From: a virus
Strand: one strand, 5' to 3'
Virus record (IMG/VR): IMGVR_UViG_3300037467_000688
Length of the DNA: 47,309 nt
The position numbers and the translations under genes were made by a program. The notes beneath the pieces are model-generated. The model did not search any database. It saw only the letters and a program-made list of their open reading frames with translations, and was not told where the DNA came from. This document shows, one piece after another, positions 30,196-39,260 of the stretch (the stretch's first letter is position 1; every line of letters starts with the position of its first letter).

Positions 30196-30409
30196 GCTCA
30201 CCCTCCAGGCGCCCGTTCAGGCGCTCTAGCTTCCCATCGACTTGCCGTAGATCGACCCTCAGGCCATCGACGGACCTGTCGAGGTCCTCTATGCGCGCGA
30301 TGCGCTCGTCTTGCTTGGCATCGTTGACCTTAAGGCCCACGATGGTTCCGCCGGCGGCGAGCACGACGGCCCCCGCAATGGCGTTGATGATGCTTTCTTT
30401 AACGGTCAT
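30179..30409 (-). CDS. N-terminal TM plus coiled-coil protein in the T7 gp17.5 (holin) position, 76 aa
   Basis: MTVKESIINAIAGAVVLAAGGTIVGL, then a charged heptad region; ATGA overlap upstream. Confidence 0.4.
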   Translation of the reverse strand: MTVKESIINAIAGAVVLAAGGTIVGLKVNDAKQDERIARIEDLDRSVDGLRVDLRQVDGKLERLNGRLEGEHEPRK

Positions 30410-30831
30410 GTGAAGGTTACCGTCTTGACAGTGCCGATGATCCCGAACGGGTTGGTCGTGGGGCCGTAGAAGGCGTTCCAGACCCATTGAGTGTCGCCAC
30501 CAACTTGAGCGAAAGAGGCCGACACGCGGCTAAATGAGAGGCCGCCGACATTCATGGTGGTCCAGCCGGAGTTCGCCCACGTGCCTTGTATCTCGAAGAT
30601 CACGTGGTCGCCGCTCTCGTCCCAATAGAGGGCGCTAATGGGCGCCCCTGAATAAAGGTCGCTGGTCCCGTCGTTGATGGAGCCGATCTGGCCGAGAACG
30701 AAACCGCGGCGCCGATCATTGTTACCAGAGGACCCATCCCCGCCGGTCGTCACCGTCTGAGTGTCGGTACCTGAGCCGCCGCCCCCGCCACCTCCAGAGA
30801 CCGGCGGAACGAGCGATAGAACGGGCCTCAT
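30406..30831 (-). CDS. Hypothetical virion-module protein with a poly-Gly tract, 141 aa
   Basis: VSGGGGGGGSGTD near the N-terminus; TAATG junction with the tail fibre stop. Confidence 0.5.
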   Translation of the reverse strand: MRPVLSLVPPVSGGGGGGGSGTDTQTVTTGGDGSSGNNDRRRGFVLGQIGSINDGTSDLYSGAPISALYWDESGDHVIFEIQGTWANSGWTTMNVGGLSFSRVSASFAQVGGDTQWVWNAFYGPTTNPFGIIGTVKTVTFT

Positions 30832-32318
30832 TAGCTGAGACCCGATCCGTCTGCCGTCCAGACCCCGCCGCCCTCGTGGACGAGCGTGATCTTTCCGCCG
30901 ATGGCGAGAGTGCCGGTTGTGGCCGTCCCGGAGGCGCCGTTCTTGTAGAGGCCGCCGGCGACCGCGAGTGCGAGCGCTGCGGAGCCTCGGTTGACCTCAA
31001 TGAACGCGACACCGGCCGCCGGAGTGGCGTCAAGGGTTAGCGTTTGGCCGGCTCCTCCGGTGAACTTCTGGTACTGATTGTTGTCAGCGTCAGCCGCGGT
31101 CTTGCTGGTCGTCCAGGAGGTGATGGGGGTCACCGCGGGCGCTGCGCCAACCGTGTTGAAGCTGACCGTGATCGCGCCCGACCCATTGAAGGTCGAGCCT
31201 GAGGCCGCGCCGGTGCCGCCGTTGTTGAACGTCACCGCGTTCGCGACGCTGCCGGCCGAGCCGGTGATGCTGCTATCGGTGAAGGCGGTCGTCTTGGTGA
31301 CGCCATTGATGCGCCAGAAGACGCCAGCCGTGGTGGTCCAGAGGTCGCCATTTGTCGGCGTCGTCGGGACCGTTCCGTGGGGCAGCCGCAGGCCTGCTCC
31401 GCCGGCGGCCGAAGCCGCGGTGATGAGCGCGCCCGTCATGGTTCCGCCGGTTAGCCCGAGGGCGCCGATGGAGTTGAAGCTGATGGTGATGGGCGCCGAC
31501 CCGTTGAAGGTCGAGCCCGAGGCCGCGCCGGTGCCACTGTTGTTGATCGTCAGGGCGTTCGTGGTGGTGCCCGCGGCGCCGCCCCCCGGAGGGGTGGCCC
31601 ACGTGCCGTCAGCACGAAGGAAGAGCGAGGTGCCCCCGCCAGAGGCCGGCACGAGGCCCTTGAGGGCCGCCGTGAAGGTGTCGAGGAGGGTAGTCGCCTG
31701 GGTGCCCGTGAGCTCCTCAGGATCGCCCGCGCCGGTCGTGATGCGCCCGAGGAAGCGGGAGCCGGCCGACACGTTCTGCATTTTGGCGTAGGTGACCGCA
31801 TCCGCGGCGAGCTCGGCGGTGCCGATGACGCCAGCGTCGATGTTCCAGACGAGGCCCGAGCCGGAGACCGTGATGTCCCCGTAGTCCGCATCAGGGACCG
31901 CTGCGGTGGCCGGGAGGCCGAGGGCCAGGGTCCAGCCGTCGGGCTGCTGCGTGATCGCTGCGGTGGGCGCTGAGCCGACCGGGAGGATCGAAAGGGTCAC
32001 GCGAGGGATCGCGCGGGCCTCGACCTCTTGCTGCCGGTAGAGCTGCTGGTTCTGGGCCTTGTCGAGGTCGTCCTCCGTGAGGACCGCCCCGTCGGTGAAG
32101 TCGGTGAGAGGCGCGTCAATCGGGGTGTCCCGATAGACCGCCCAGGCCTGTCCGGAGGGGGCAGCCGCAGCGAACGTGACTTGGGAGGCCCCGGTCCACG
32201 TTAGAGCCGCGGAGACGCCATTAACGGTGGCCTTGACGTGGTCCTTCGAGAGGAAGGGCCACGTGATGTTAACAACGGGGGCGGAGCCGCTGCCGACGCC
32301 AGTGATTGGTGAATACAT
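30831..32318 (-). CDS. Tail fibre, T7 gp17-like N-terminal domain, with an internal duplication
   Basis: MYSPITGVGSGSAPVVNITWPFLSKDHVKATVNG...VYRDTPIDAPLTDFTDGAVLTEDDLDKAQNQQLY; FLRADGTWATP motif; 33-aa unit repeated at residues 254-286 and 360-392. Confidence 0.85.
   Translation of the reverse strand: MYSPITGVGSGSAPVVNITWPFLSKDHVKATVNGVSAALTWTGASQVTFAAAAPSGQAWAVYRDTPIDAPLTDFTDGAVLTEDDLDKAQNQQLYRQQEVEARAIPRVTLSILPVGSAPTAAITQQPDGWTLALGLPATAAVPDADYGDITVSGSGLVWNIDAGVIGTAELAADAVTYAKMQNVSAGSRFLGRITTGAGDPEELTGTQATTLLDTFTAALKGLVPASGGGTSLFLRADGTWATPPGGGAAGTTTNALTINNSGTGAASGSTFNGSAPITISFNSIGALGLTGGTMTGALITAASAAGGAGLRLPHGTVPTTPTNGDLWTTTAGVFWRINGVTKTTAFTDSSITGSAGSVANAVTFNNGGTGAASGSTFNGSGAITVSFNTVGAAPAVTPITSWTTSKTAADADNNQYQKFTGGAGQTLTLDATPAAGVAFIEVNRGSAALALAVAGGLYKNGASGTATTGTLAIGGKITLVHEGGGVWTADGSGLS
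31143..31241 (-). repeat. Tail-fibre internal repeat, copy 2 (NAVTFNNGGTGAASGSTFNGSGAITVSFNTVGA)
   Basis: DNA and protein similarity to 31461-31559, offset 318 nt. Confidence 0.85.
31461..31559 (-). repeat. Tail-fibre internal repeat, copy 1 (NALTINNSGTGAASGSTFNGSAPITISFNSIGA)
   Basis: See copy 2. Confidence 0.85.
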
Positions 32319-32360
32319 GGTGTCCCGGTGGCGGCCGCTGCCGCTCTCGTTGGGGTGGGT

Positions 32361-32382
32361 GGCCGGTCCCGAAGGGCCGACC
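32361..32382 (-). other. Stable stem-loop between the gp16-like and tail fibre genes
   Basis: Minus-strand RNA GGUCGGCCC-UUC-GGG(A)CCGGCC: 9 bp including one G-U and one bulge; the G-U becomes an A-C mismatch on the other strand; no U tract. Confidence 0.35.
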
Positions 32383-32383
32383 G

Positions 32384-35300
32384 TTATTGATCGGGAGTGG
32401 GCTGATCGTCGCCGGTGAGCCCGAGCTGTTGGAAGAGCTCTTGGGTCTGCCGGTCGACCTCGCCACTATCGACGCCCTCGAGGAGCGCCTTGTCCCAGAC
32501 CTGGTTGGCCGCCACATGGCGGGCCAGCTCGTGGTCCTCTTGGACAAGCTGCGACGAAGCTGCCTCCGTGTACCCCCGCATCTCATCCCGGATCGCCTGG
32601 ACCCGCCCGGCACGCGGGAGGGCCTGGTACTCAGGGAGCTTGATGAGGGACCGGAGGGCTTCCTCTAGGGTGAGCCCGGTGGAGTCCTTGCGGACCACCT
32701 GGCCTCGCAGCTCGAGGAACCGGCTATACTGAGCCGAGTTGAGCTTGACCCCGTGGAAGGACCGCGAGGGCTTGCCGATGTCGAAGCTGAGGCGCTCGAG
32801 CTCCGAGAGGAGCGGATCGTCCAAGTCCGAAGGTCCCGGCCCGGCCTTGAGGCCGAACAGCCGGTCGCCGCTTTCCACAGGAACCGGGCGGCCGAGTAGG
32901 CCGTCCCGCTTCACGGGCAACGTAGCGGACCCGAAGGACTGCTTGAGGAGTCCCTCGATGAACCCCGCCGCGTCGCGATCCACGCCAGCCATCCCGCGGC
33001 CGATTGACCGTTGGATGCCGGAGGCGGGCACGAAGCGCGTGGCGAAGCTCTGGAGGTACTGACCCCAACCCTGGGCGCTCTGGCCTTCCTTGACGTTGGA
33101 CGCCAGCTCCACGAGGTCGCGGAGCGAGGTGAGCCAGGTCTTGGACAGGACGTTCGCCTGGGTGGCCCACATGGCCGCCTCGATGACTTGCTCGGCAGAG
33201 TTGCCGCGCTCGTCAGGCGGGAGCTCGTCCTGGTGATCCAGGTAGGCCCGAAGGTCGGCGCCCCATCCGAGGAGCGTGCCGAGCGGATCGAACCGTTTGA
33301 ACTCGATGACGTCGTCGCCGATCTTGAGCGAGTAGCTCGGGCGGCTGAGGCGGGCGGAGCTCTTGTAGTCCCCGTCCAGACCCACGATGCCGCGGTCCTC
33401 GGCGAGCTGGAAGGCCGTGTAGACCATCAGCGTCCCAAGGCCGATCCGTGCGAGGGCCTCATCCCGGCGTGGTCCGCCAGCGGTGATGTCGGCCCGCACG
33501 CGGTCCTTGAGGAGACCGAGGGGGGTGTAGTCGATGGCCGTCCGCTCCAGGATGCGGAGCGGGGTCTTCACGAAGGGCACCAGAAGGTGGAAGAACGGCG
33601 TGTGGCTCATCCCGTTGGCGAGCGAGCGCAAAGCACCGGTCTCGAGCGGGTCCTGGAACAGTGCGCCCTTGGCCTCGACCTCACCGGCGGCGAGGGCTGC
33701 CTCGCGTTGGCCGGCCGAGTAGGCGTCGTCCGCGAAGCCGTCGACGGACTCCGTGAGCTGGACCATGCGGGATCGCATGTAGTCCCCGAGGGGCTTGCCC
33801 TCGAGATGCAGCTCAGCGGCTTCATGCGCGGCGATCCGCATGGCCTCCGCCTGCGCGCCCGCACGGGCCGCGACGGTGCCAGCGAACTGATCCGCGCCGT
33901 TGACGAAGAGAATGGTGCCAAGCCTCGAGGCTGAGCCCATCGCGTTCACGACAGGCCTGATCGCCTTCAGGACGAAGTTCATGGAGTGCTGCATCAGAGC
34001 CGGGGTATCCCAACTCTGGATTTGCTCCTGGAGCGCCCGCATGTCCGCGGAGGACATTGCGAAGGCACGCTCGCGGCCACTGACGTCCACGCGTTCGAAG
34101 TTGCCCTTGACGCCGCGGCGGCCTTCATCGGCCAAGCCGGCGGCCTTCTGGGCGAGGCCCTTCAGGCCCCATCCTTCGGCGTTGAGGACAACCTCCTCCA
34201 TCCCCTCACGCTCGAGGAGCGACAGGGTGTTGCGCCAGGCATCGCGCCAGGCGCCGAGGACTCCGTCCACGTAGGCCCACGAGACCATCGTCTGGACCCG
34301 TGCGGCTTGCGCGTAGGTCCGGCCGAAGGGCGAGAGAGCCCACGCCTTGAGCGACGAGAGGGCCATCGCGGTGCCGTTGAGGCCCATGATGGCGAAACCA
34401 GACAGAGCGTTCGTGATGCCTGTAGGGGCCGAGAAGAGGTTCCCGCGGAGCTCTCCGAGGGCGGCGTCAAGCCGCTTGATCGTGGAGCCCGCCTTGGTGC
34501 GGGTGAAGCGCGACAGGTCGCCGAGGTCGCCGCTGGAGTCGATCAGCTTGCCGAGAAACAGTGTCCGCTCGGCGGGGTCGACCATCTTGGAGACCGAGTC
34601 CGTCGCCAGCGTGGCGAGCTCCTTGGAGCCAACCTTGGCAGCGGCGCCTTCGGACTTCGCGGACGCCTTAGCGGCCTCCTTGAGGTTCCTGGTGGCGGTC
34701 TTAGCGCCTACCTTCTGGACCATCTGGAGCGTGCGGAGTGCCCGGCCCACCTCCGACCCGGCGCCCCTCAGGGCACCCAGGAAGTAGGCGTGGCGGTGGA
34801 AGGCTTCGAGGAACTCGAGCCACTCCTGCTCACCGCCGCCCGTTTTGGCGGCCTGGAGCGCTTTCTCAGCGAGCCCTACGAGCTTCGCGGCGTGCGACCC
34901 GACGAGCGTCTGGGAGGCGTACATGACCGCGTCGAGGTTCGCCGTGTGGCCGTAGAGGTCCTTGAGGACGTCCGCCGATGTCGCCATCGCGCGGGCCGCC
35001 TTGGCGGTCATCTCTTCGGTGACGCGGGTGCCCGTGCGGCCGAGCCGCTGAGCAAGCCCCTCGTAGAGCTCTTGGATGCCCGCGTGGAGCTTCCCGAGCA
35101 TCTCGGGGTTATCCAGCGCGGAGAAGTCGACCTTCAGCGGGTTGATCCCTGCAAGGCGCCCGAGGGCGTCCGCAGGGCTTCCGTGGAGGGCCTCGCGCGC
35201 GAGGACGTCAAACTCCTCCGGGGATACGCCGGCTCCGGCCTTCCGCTGGAGGAAGGTCAGGATGTCTTCGGCGGTCGCGGAGGTGTGCTCGGTGGTCGGC

Positions 35301-36136
35301 TTGGTGTCTTTGAAGGGATCGAAGGGTCGCTCGACGGCGGCCTCTGCGTTATCGTTGGCTGGCCGGATGGCCGGCAGGGGCTCGGGGGCCTCCACCTTCA
35401 TGTCCTGCCGTGCGGTCCTCACGGCCGCATCGGCTTCCTCAAAGGACCCGCGCCAGGCCCGGTAGGCCCGCACTCCGCGCAGCCCCGTCTCAAAGAGAGC
35501 GTCGGTTAGGATGCCGACCGGAGCGTTTACCGCGGCCGCCTTGAAGCGGGCCACTAGGCGGTTATCGTCTGGCTCGCTCGCGAGCGCGTTGAGGGTGGGG
35601 CTGTCGATCCCGAAGACGTCCCGCATGGTGTTCGCGAGGTTGGTCTTCTCGGGGTCCATGATGAAGTCAGTGGCGGCGCCGGCGGCTGTTGCGCGACCAG
35701 CACGGCCGAGCCACGAGGCCGCCTTGGCGACCCCGAAGACCTCCGAGAACTTGGAGAAGGGGAGAACGAACTCCCCGATCCCCCGGACGACCCGCTCCGT
35801 GGTGCCGGCCTGCTCCTCGCCTTTAAGCTTGGGGATCGAGACCGCCGTGTGGAGCGGCGCAATCGCCGCCTTCGTGATCTCGGGGTTGCTGCTGAGGCCA
35901 GGCGCATACGGCGCGAGGTCGAAGACCGCGTTGACGGTGTCCTGGACGGCGTCCCGAACGGCACCAACGGAGGCCCTGAAGAGGGAGAACGAGCGGGTCT
36001 TCTGGGGCGCCGCGGGGCGGTTCATGGGCTGCTCGGCTTGGTCGAGCGCCTGATGGCCCTTGCTGGTGTCCTCGTAGTCCCGCTGCTCGTGCTCGAGCTG
36101 CTGAAGCTCGGCCTCTTCTTGGGGCGTTAGTGCCAT
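32384..36136 (-). CDS. Internal virion / DNA-ejection protein, T7 gp16-like by size and position, 1250 aa
   Basis: Largest ORF, directly upstream of the tail fibre and after the gp15-like gene; GGAGA RBS. Confidence 0.7.
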   Translation of the reverse strand: MALTPQEEAELQQLEHEQRDYEDTSKGHQALDQAEQPMNRPAAPQKTRSFSLFRASVGAVRDAVQDTVNAVFDLAPYAPGLSSNPEITKAAIAPLHTAVSIPKLKGEEQAGTTERVVRGIGEFVLPFSKFSEVFGVAKAASWLGRAGRATAAGAATDFIMDPEKTNLANTMRDVFGIDSPTLNALASEPDDNRLVARFKAAAVNAPVGILTDALFETGLRGVRAYRAWRGSFEEADAAVRTARQDMKVEAPEPLPAIRPANDNAEAAVERPFDPFKDTKPTTEHTSATAEDILTFLQRKAGAGVSPEEFDVLAREALHGSPADALGRLAGINPLKVDFSALDNPEMLGKLHAGIQELYEGLAQRLGRTGTRVTEEMTAKAARAMATSADVLKDLYGHTANLDAVMYASQTLVGSHAAKLVGLAEKALQAAKTGGGEQEWLEFLEAFHRHAYFLGALRGAGSEVGRALRTLQMVQKVGAKTATRNLKEAAKASAKSEGAAAKVGSKELATLATDSVSKMVDPAERTLFLGKLIDSSGDLGDLSRFTRTKAGSTIKRLDAALGELRGNLFSAPTGITNALSGFAIMGLNGTAMALSSLKAWALSPFGRTYAQAARVQTMVSWAYVDGVLGAWRDAWRNTLSLLEREGMEEVVLNAEGWGLKGLAQKAAGLADEGRRGVKGNFERVDVSGRERAFAMSSADMRALQEQIQSWDTPALMQHSMNFVLKAIRPVVNAMGSASRLGTILFVNGADQFAGTVAARAGAQAEAMRIAAHEAAELHLEGKPLGDYMRSRMVQLTESVDGFADDAYSAGQREAALAAGEVEAKGALFQDPLETGALRSLANGMSHTPFFHLLVPFVKTPLRILERTAIDYTPLGLLKDRVRADITAGGPRRDEALARIGLGTLMVYTAFQLAEDRGIVGLDGDYKSSARLSRPSYSLKIGDDVIEFKRFDPLGTLLGWGADLRAYLDHQDELPPDERGNSAEQVIEAAMWATQANVLSKTWLTSLRDLVELASNVKEGQSAQGWGQYLQSFATRFVPASGIQRSIGRGMAGVDRDAAGFIEGLLKQSFGSATLPVKRDGLLGRPVPVESGDRLFGLKAGPGPSDLDDPLLSELERLSFDIGKPSRSFHGVKLNSAQYSRFLELRGQVVRKDSTGLTLEEALRSLIKLPEYQALPRAGRVQAIRDEMRGYTEAASSQLVQEDHELARHVAANQVWDKALLEGVDSGEVDRQTQELFQQLGLTGDDQPTPDQ

Positions 36137-36151
36137 TGGGGTCTCCGGGGG

Positions 36152-38314
36152 TTATTGTCCGAGCCGCTTGGCGCGGAGCTCCTGGATGCGCTGGAGGCGC
36201 AATTGCTGCGCGTCCTTGCTGGTGGGTGCGAACTTCTGGACGGTCTGGGCGTAAGCGTCCGCCGGGGAGGTGCCCTTGGCGACCTCACTCCGATAGAAGG
36301 CAATCATGCCGCCGAAGTTGGTCTTGTCCCCACCCGCCATGCTCTTCTCGAGGAAGGAGGAGGGGGCCTTGCCGAACTTCTGCTTGAGCTGGAACGCATA
36401 GGTTGCCACCTCGGGACGGTGGAGGTTCTCTTGCTCGCCGGCTCGGGCCGCAGCGCGGAGCATACGGTAGTTCGCGAGAGCGGCCTTTCCGGTACCAAGC
36501 TGTCCACTAGTGAGGAGCTTGTTGTCGTCCTCGACGCTGGCCTCAGAGAGGTCACCAGCGTTGCGGAGAGCAACGCGGCTGCTGACGTCCGCGGTGATGG
36601 CTGCTTGGGCCTCATAGAGCGCCTGACGGGCCTCTGAGCGGGCCTCACGGGTCGCCTCCTGGGCCTGGTTGACCATCCAGTTCTCCATCGAGAACGCAAA
36701 GTTGGGGTCAATCTGGCCGGCGTGGGCGGCTTGCCGGAGGAAGCCGATGGACGGCTTCTTGTCACTCTCGAACGCAAGGAGGACTTGGTCCGCGTTCTTG
36801 TCCCAGAGCTGCTTGCGGGCTTGCTCAGCCTTGATCCGCACCCGTTCGGTGATTGTGTCCCGAGCTTGGATGACGGTGGCGATCTCGTCCGGAGTCAGGG
36901 ACGGCGTTCCGTCCTTGCGCTTGCTTTCCTCGAGCCCCTTAAGGAGCCCGATGTCGCCACGTTCGTTGGCCTCGTTGACGAGAGCCTGGAGGATGAACCC
37001 CTTGGCCTGACCCTTGTCGATGGACGGCGGCACCTGGGCCAGCGCACCTTCTAGGTCGAAGGGCGCCAGAGCGGTGCCGACTTGGGTGTCCGGGGCGGCT
37101 CCTTGCGCGAGCGCCGGGTCGTCCGCGGTAGGGACGAAAGAGGGGCCGGAAGGGAGACCTGAGGGCGCCTTGGCGGAGGCGAAGTAGTGCGACGGAGACA
37201 CCAGCTTGCCGCTAGGGTCCTTCACCGTCACGTGGACGTGGGCGCCGGTGGTGTGCCCGGTGTTGCCGGAGAGCGCGAGGATGTCCCCCGCCTCTACCTT
37301 GTCGCCCTGTCGGACGGAGGTGGAGCCGAGGTGGGCGAAGCCCCACGTCGATCCGTCAGCGAGCTTGATGCGGAGCTGGTTGCCGCCGCGGGCATTGCTG
37401 AAGACCGACACGACAGTCCCCGCCATAGGGGCCTGGATGTTGGTCCCGACGGGGACCGGGAAGTCCTCGCCGTTGTGCGTCGACCCGCCTTCGCGGGGTG
37501 CGCCGATGCCTGAGCTGATGTGGCCCGCTGAGAAGCCCTGGAAGGGCGCCAGAGCGGCCGTAGGACGGGCGAACGGGGTTGGCCGGTTCGGAACTACCTG
37601 GGCGTCCGGAAGGGGCGCTAGGGGGTCCTGAGGGGGCGCCGCACGGGCTTCCGGAGGGGCACCGATGGGGGCGCCGCGGTAGAACTCGTGGACGGCGTTG
37701 TTCGCCACGGTTGACAGGAGGCGGAGGTCCGTCTGCTTCTTGATCGCGGCCTGAGCCTGCGGAAGGAGATTGGACCGAACCTCGAGCAGCGCGTTCGCCA
37801 AAGTCGTCTTGGCCTGGGGCGTGCCGAAGTCGTGGACCTTCCCGTCCGGATCGAGGACGTGCTTCTGGAAGATGCTCTCGACCAGGTGGTCGATGTCATC
37901 CAGCGTGGCCGGATGGTCGCTATCGTTGAGCCGCTCCGAGACCGCCTTCGAGGCTTCGTCGCCGATGTCCAGCGCGAGCTTCTTGGCGCCCTGGAGCTGC
38001 CATGCGTCGCGGTAGGCTTGCGAGCGGGCGAACCGCTCTTCGTTCTTGGCGCCCGCCCCGAAGTCCAGGGCTGCGGCGCCGGCGTCGGCCTGGCGCTTGT
38101 TGTTCGCGAAGTCTCCGACGACGTTCTGGCCGACCTCATTCGCGAGCCCGAGGATGCGGGCTAGGGCGTCCGCATCACTCGTGTCCGGCCGCAGGATGCG
38201 GGCATTGACTTCCCTCGCCGGCTGCTCGGTGTCGACCCGAGGGATCGTGGTGTCGCGGCGGAAGGTCCGCTGCGGTCGCGAGGTGCTCCGGGGGTCCGTC
38301 TTAGCGAGGTCCAT
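36152..38314 (-). CDS. Internal virion protein, gp15-position, with an M23 (LytM-type) peptidase domain, 720 aa
   Basis: GGSTHNGEDFPVPVGTNIQAPMAGTVV (HxxxD) and LSGNTGHTTGAHVHVTV (HxH). Confidence 0.75.
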   Translation of the reverse strand: MDLAKTDPRSTSRPQRTFRRDTTIPRVDTEQPAREVNARILRPDTSDADALARILGLANEVGQNVVGDFANNKRQADAGAAALDFGAGAKNEERFARSQAYRDAWQLQGAKKLALDIGDEASKAVSERLNDSDHPATLDDIDHLVESIFQKHVLDPDGKVHDFGTPQAKTTLANALLEVRSNLLPQAQAAIKKQTDLRLLSTVANNAVHEFYRGAPIGAPPEARAAPPQDPLAPLPDAQVVPNRPTPFARPTAALAPFQGFSAGHISSGIGAPREGGSTHNGEDFPVPVGTNIQAPMAGTVVSVFSNARGGNQLRIKLADGSTWGFAHLGSTSVRQGDKVEAGDILALSGNTGHTTGAHVHVTVKDPSGKLVSPSHYFASAKAPSGLPSGPSFVPTADDPALAQGAAPDTQVGTALAPFDLEGALAQVPPSIDKGQAKGFILQALVNEANERGDIGLLKGLEESKRKDGTPSLTPDEIATVIQARDTITERVRIKAEQARKQLWDKNADQVLLAFESDKKPSIGFLRQAAHAGQIDPNFAFSMENWMVNQAQEATREARSEARQALYEAQAAITADVSSRVALRNAGDLSEASVEDDNKLLTSGQLGTGKAALANYRMLRAAARAGEQENLHRPEVATYAFQLKQKFGKAPSSFLEKSMAGGDKTNFGGMIAFYRSEVAKGTSPADAYAQTVQKFAPTSKDAQQLRLQRIQELRAKRLGQ

Positions 38315-38772
38315 TAATGGGTCCCCTTCTTGAAGGCCCCGGCCCCCTGCGCCGCGTTGGCGGCAGCAAGACCAATCTGGAGCCCGGCTCCGAGGAGCGT
38401 GGGCTTCGAGACCATCTGAGTATTCGCCTCAGCTCGGGCCGCCTCACGGCGGGACTCGCGGTTCGCCAGGGAGACCTCGTTGGAGAGGCCGGCCTGCATC
38501 TCAGCGTCCGACTGAAGCGCCTTGATCGCGCCGCTCTCGAGGCTGAGACCAGACTCGCCGGCTGCGACCTGGATGCGGGCTTCTTCGCGCCGCATCTGCC
38601 TCAGCCGGTTGTTGATCTCCTGCGTGGCCGCCTGGTCGATCTCTTTGGTCTTGGTCGCGTACTGCGCCTTGATCGAGGCATTGGCCGCGTTGGCCGACTG
38701 TATCTGCCCGATAGTGCTGACGGCAGTGGTGGCGACAGCCAAGCCAATGCTGATCGAGATAGGATCACACAT
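38314..38772 (-). CDS. Internal virion protein, gp14-like, 152 aa
   Basis: Start MCDPISISIGLAVATTAVSTIG (TM), coiled-coil middle, Gly/Ala-rich tail; TAATG junctions on both sides. Confidence 0.6.
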   Translation of the reverse strand: MCDPISISIGLAVATTAVSTIGQIQSANAANASIKAQYATKTKEIDQAATQEINNRLRQMRREEARIQVAAGESGLSLESGAIKALQSDAEMQAGLSNEVSLANRESRREAARAEANTQMVSKPTLLGAGLQIGLAAANAAQGAGAFKKGTH

Positions 38773-39260
38773 TATCGGGTCCTCAGAAACTCTAGGAAGA
38801 GCCGCTTCTGCGGCCCGAAGGCGGGGTTGGCATCGACGACGCCGAAGCCCGCCCAGGCGAGCCACTTCATCGAGAGCTCATTCCGAGCGTCGACGTTGGC
38901 CCACAGGATGGGATAGGCTTCGTGCATCTCGCGGATGTACCGGCGGGTCTGCCGGGCGACGGAGTAAGCGGCTTCCTCCATGCCGGGAGTGCCGAGGAGC
39001 CAAGCTACCCCGACCTTCTCCCGGCTGAATGGAGCGACCCCGAATATCCCGATTGGGAGCCCGGTCTCGTCGACGATCAGCCAGCTCCGGATGGAGAAGT
39101 CCCAGGACTCGAAGAGAGTCCAGAACGGGTCCACGTCGTCCCCGAGGGACGCCTCAATCTCCGCCTTGTCGGCGGGCCGGAGGTTTGCAGCGATGTGCTC
39201 GATGGCTTCCCTTACGGTGTCCTCAGGGAGCGTTGCGGTATCAATCGCCCGCGCCGTCAA
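38772..39260 (-). CDS. gp13-position protein (T7 Gp13 / DUF2833-like, tentative)
   Basis: TTG start overlapping the tail tube B stop (TTGA); IGIFGVAPFSREKVGVAWLLGTPGMEE...WANVDARNELSMKWLAWAGFG. Confidence 0.5.
   Translation of the reverse strand: MTARAIDTATLPEDTVREAIEHIAANLRPADKAEIEASLGDDVDPFWTLFESWDFSIRSWLIVDETGLPIGIFGVAPFSREKVGVAWLLGTPGMEEAAYSVARQTRRYIREMHEAYPILWANVDARNELSMKWLAWAGFGVVDANPAFGPQKRLFLEFLRTR

Noticed and set aside
30831-32318. The tail-fibre duplication, considered as the template/variable repeat pair of a diversity-generating retroelement.
   Set aside because: There is no reverse transcriptase gene anywhere in the genome, and the mismatches between the copies are not biased toward adenines.
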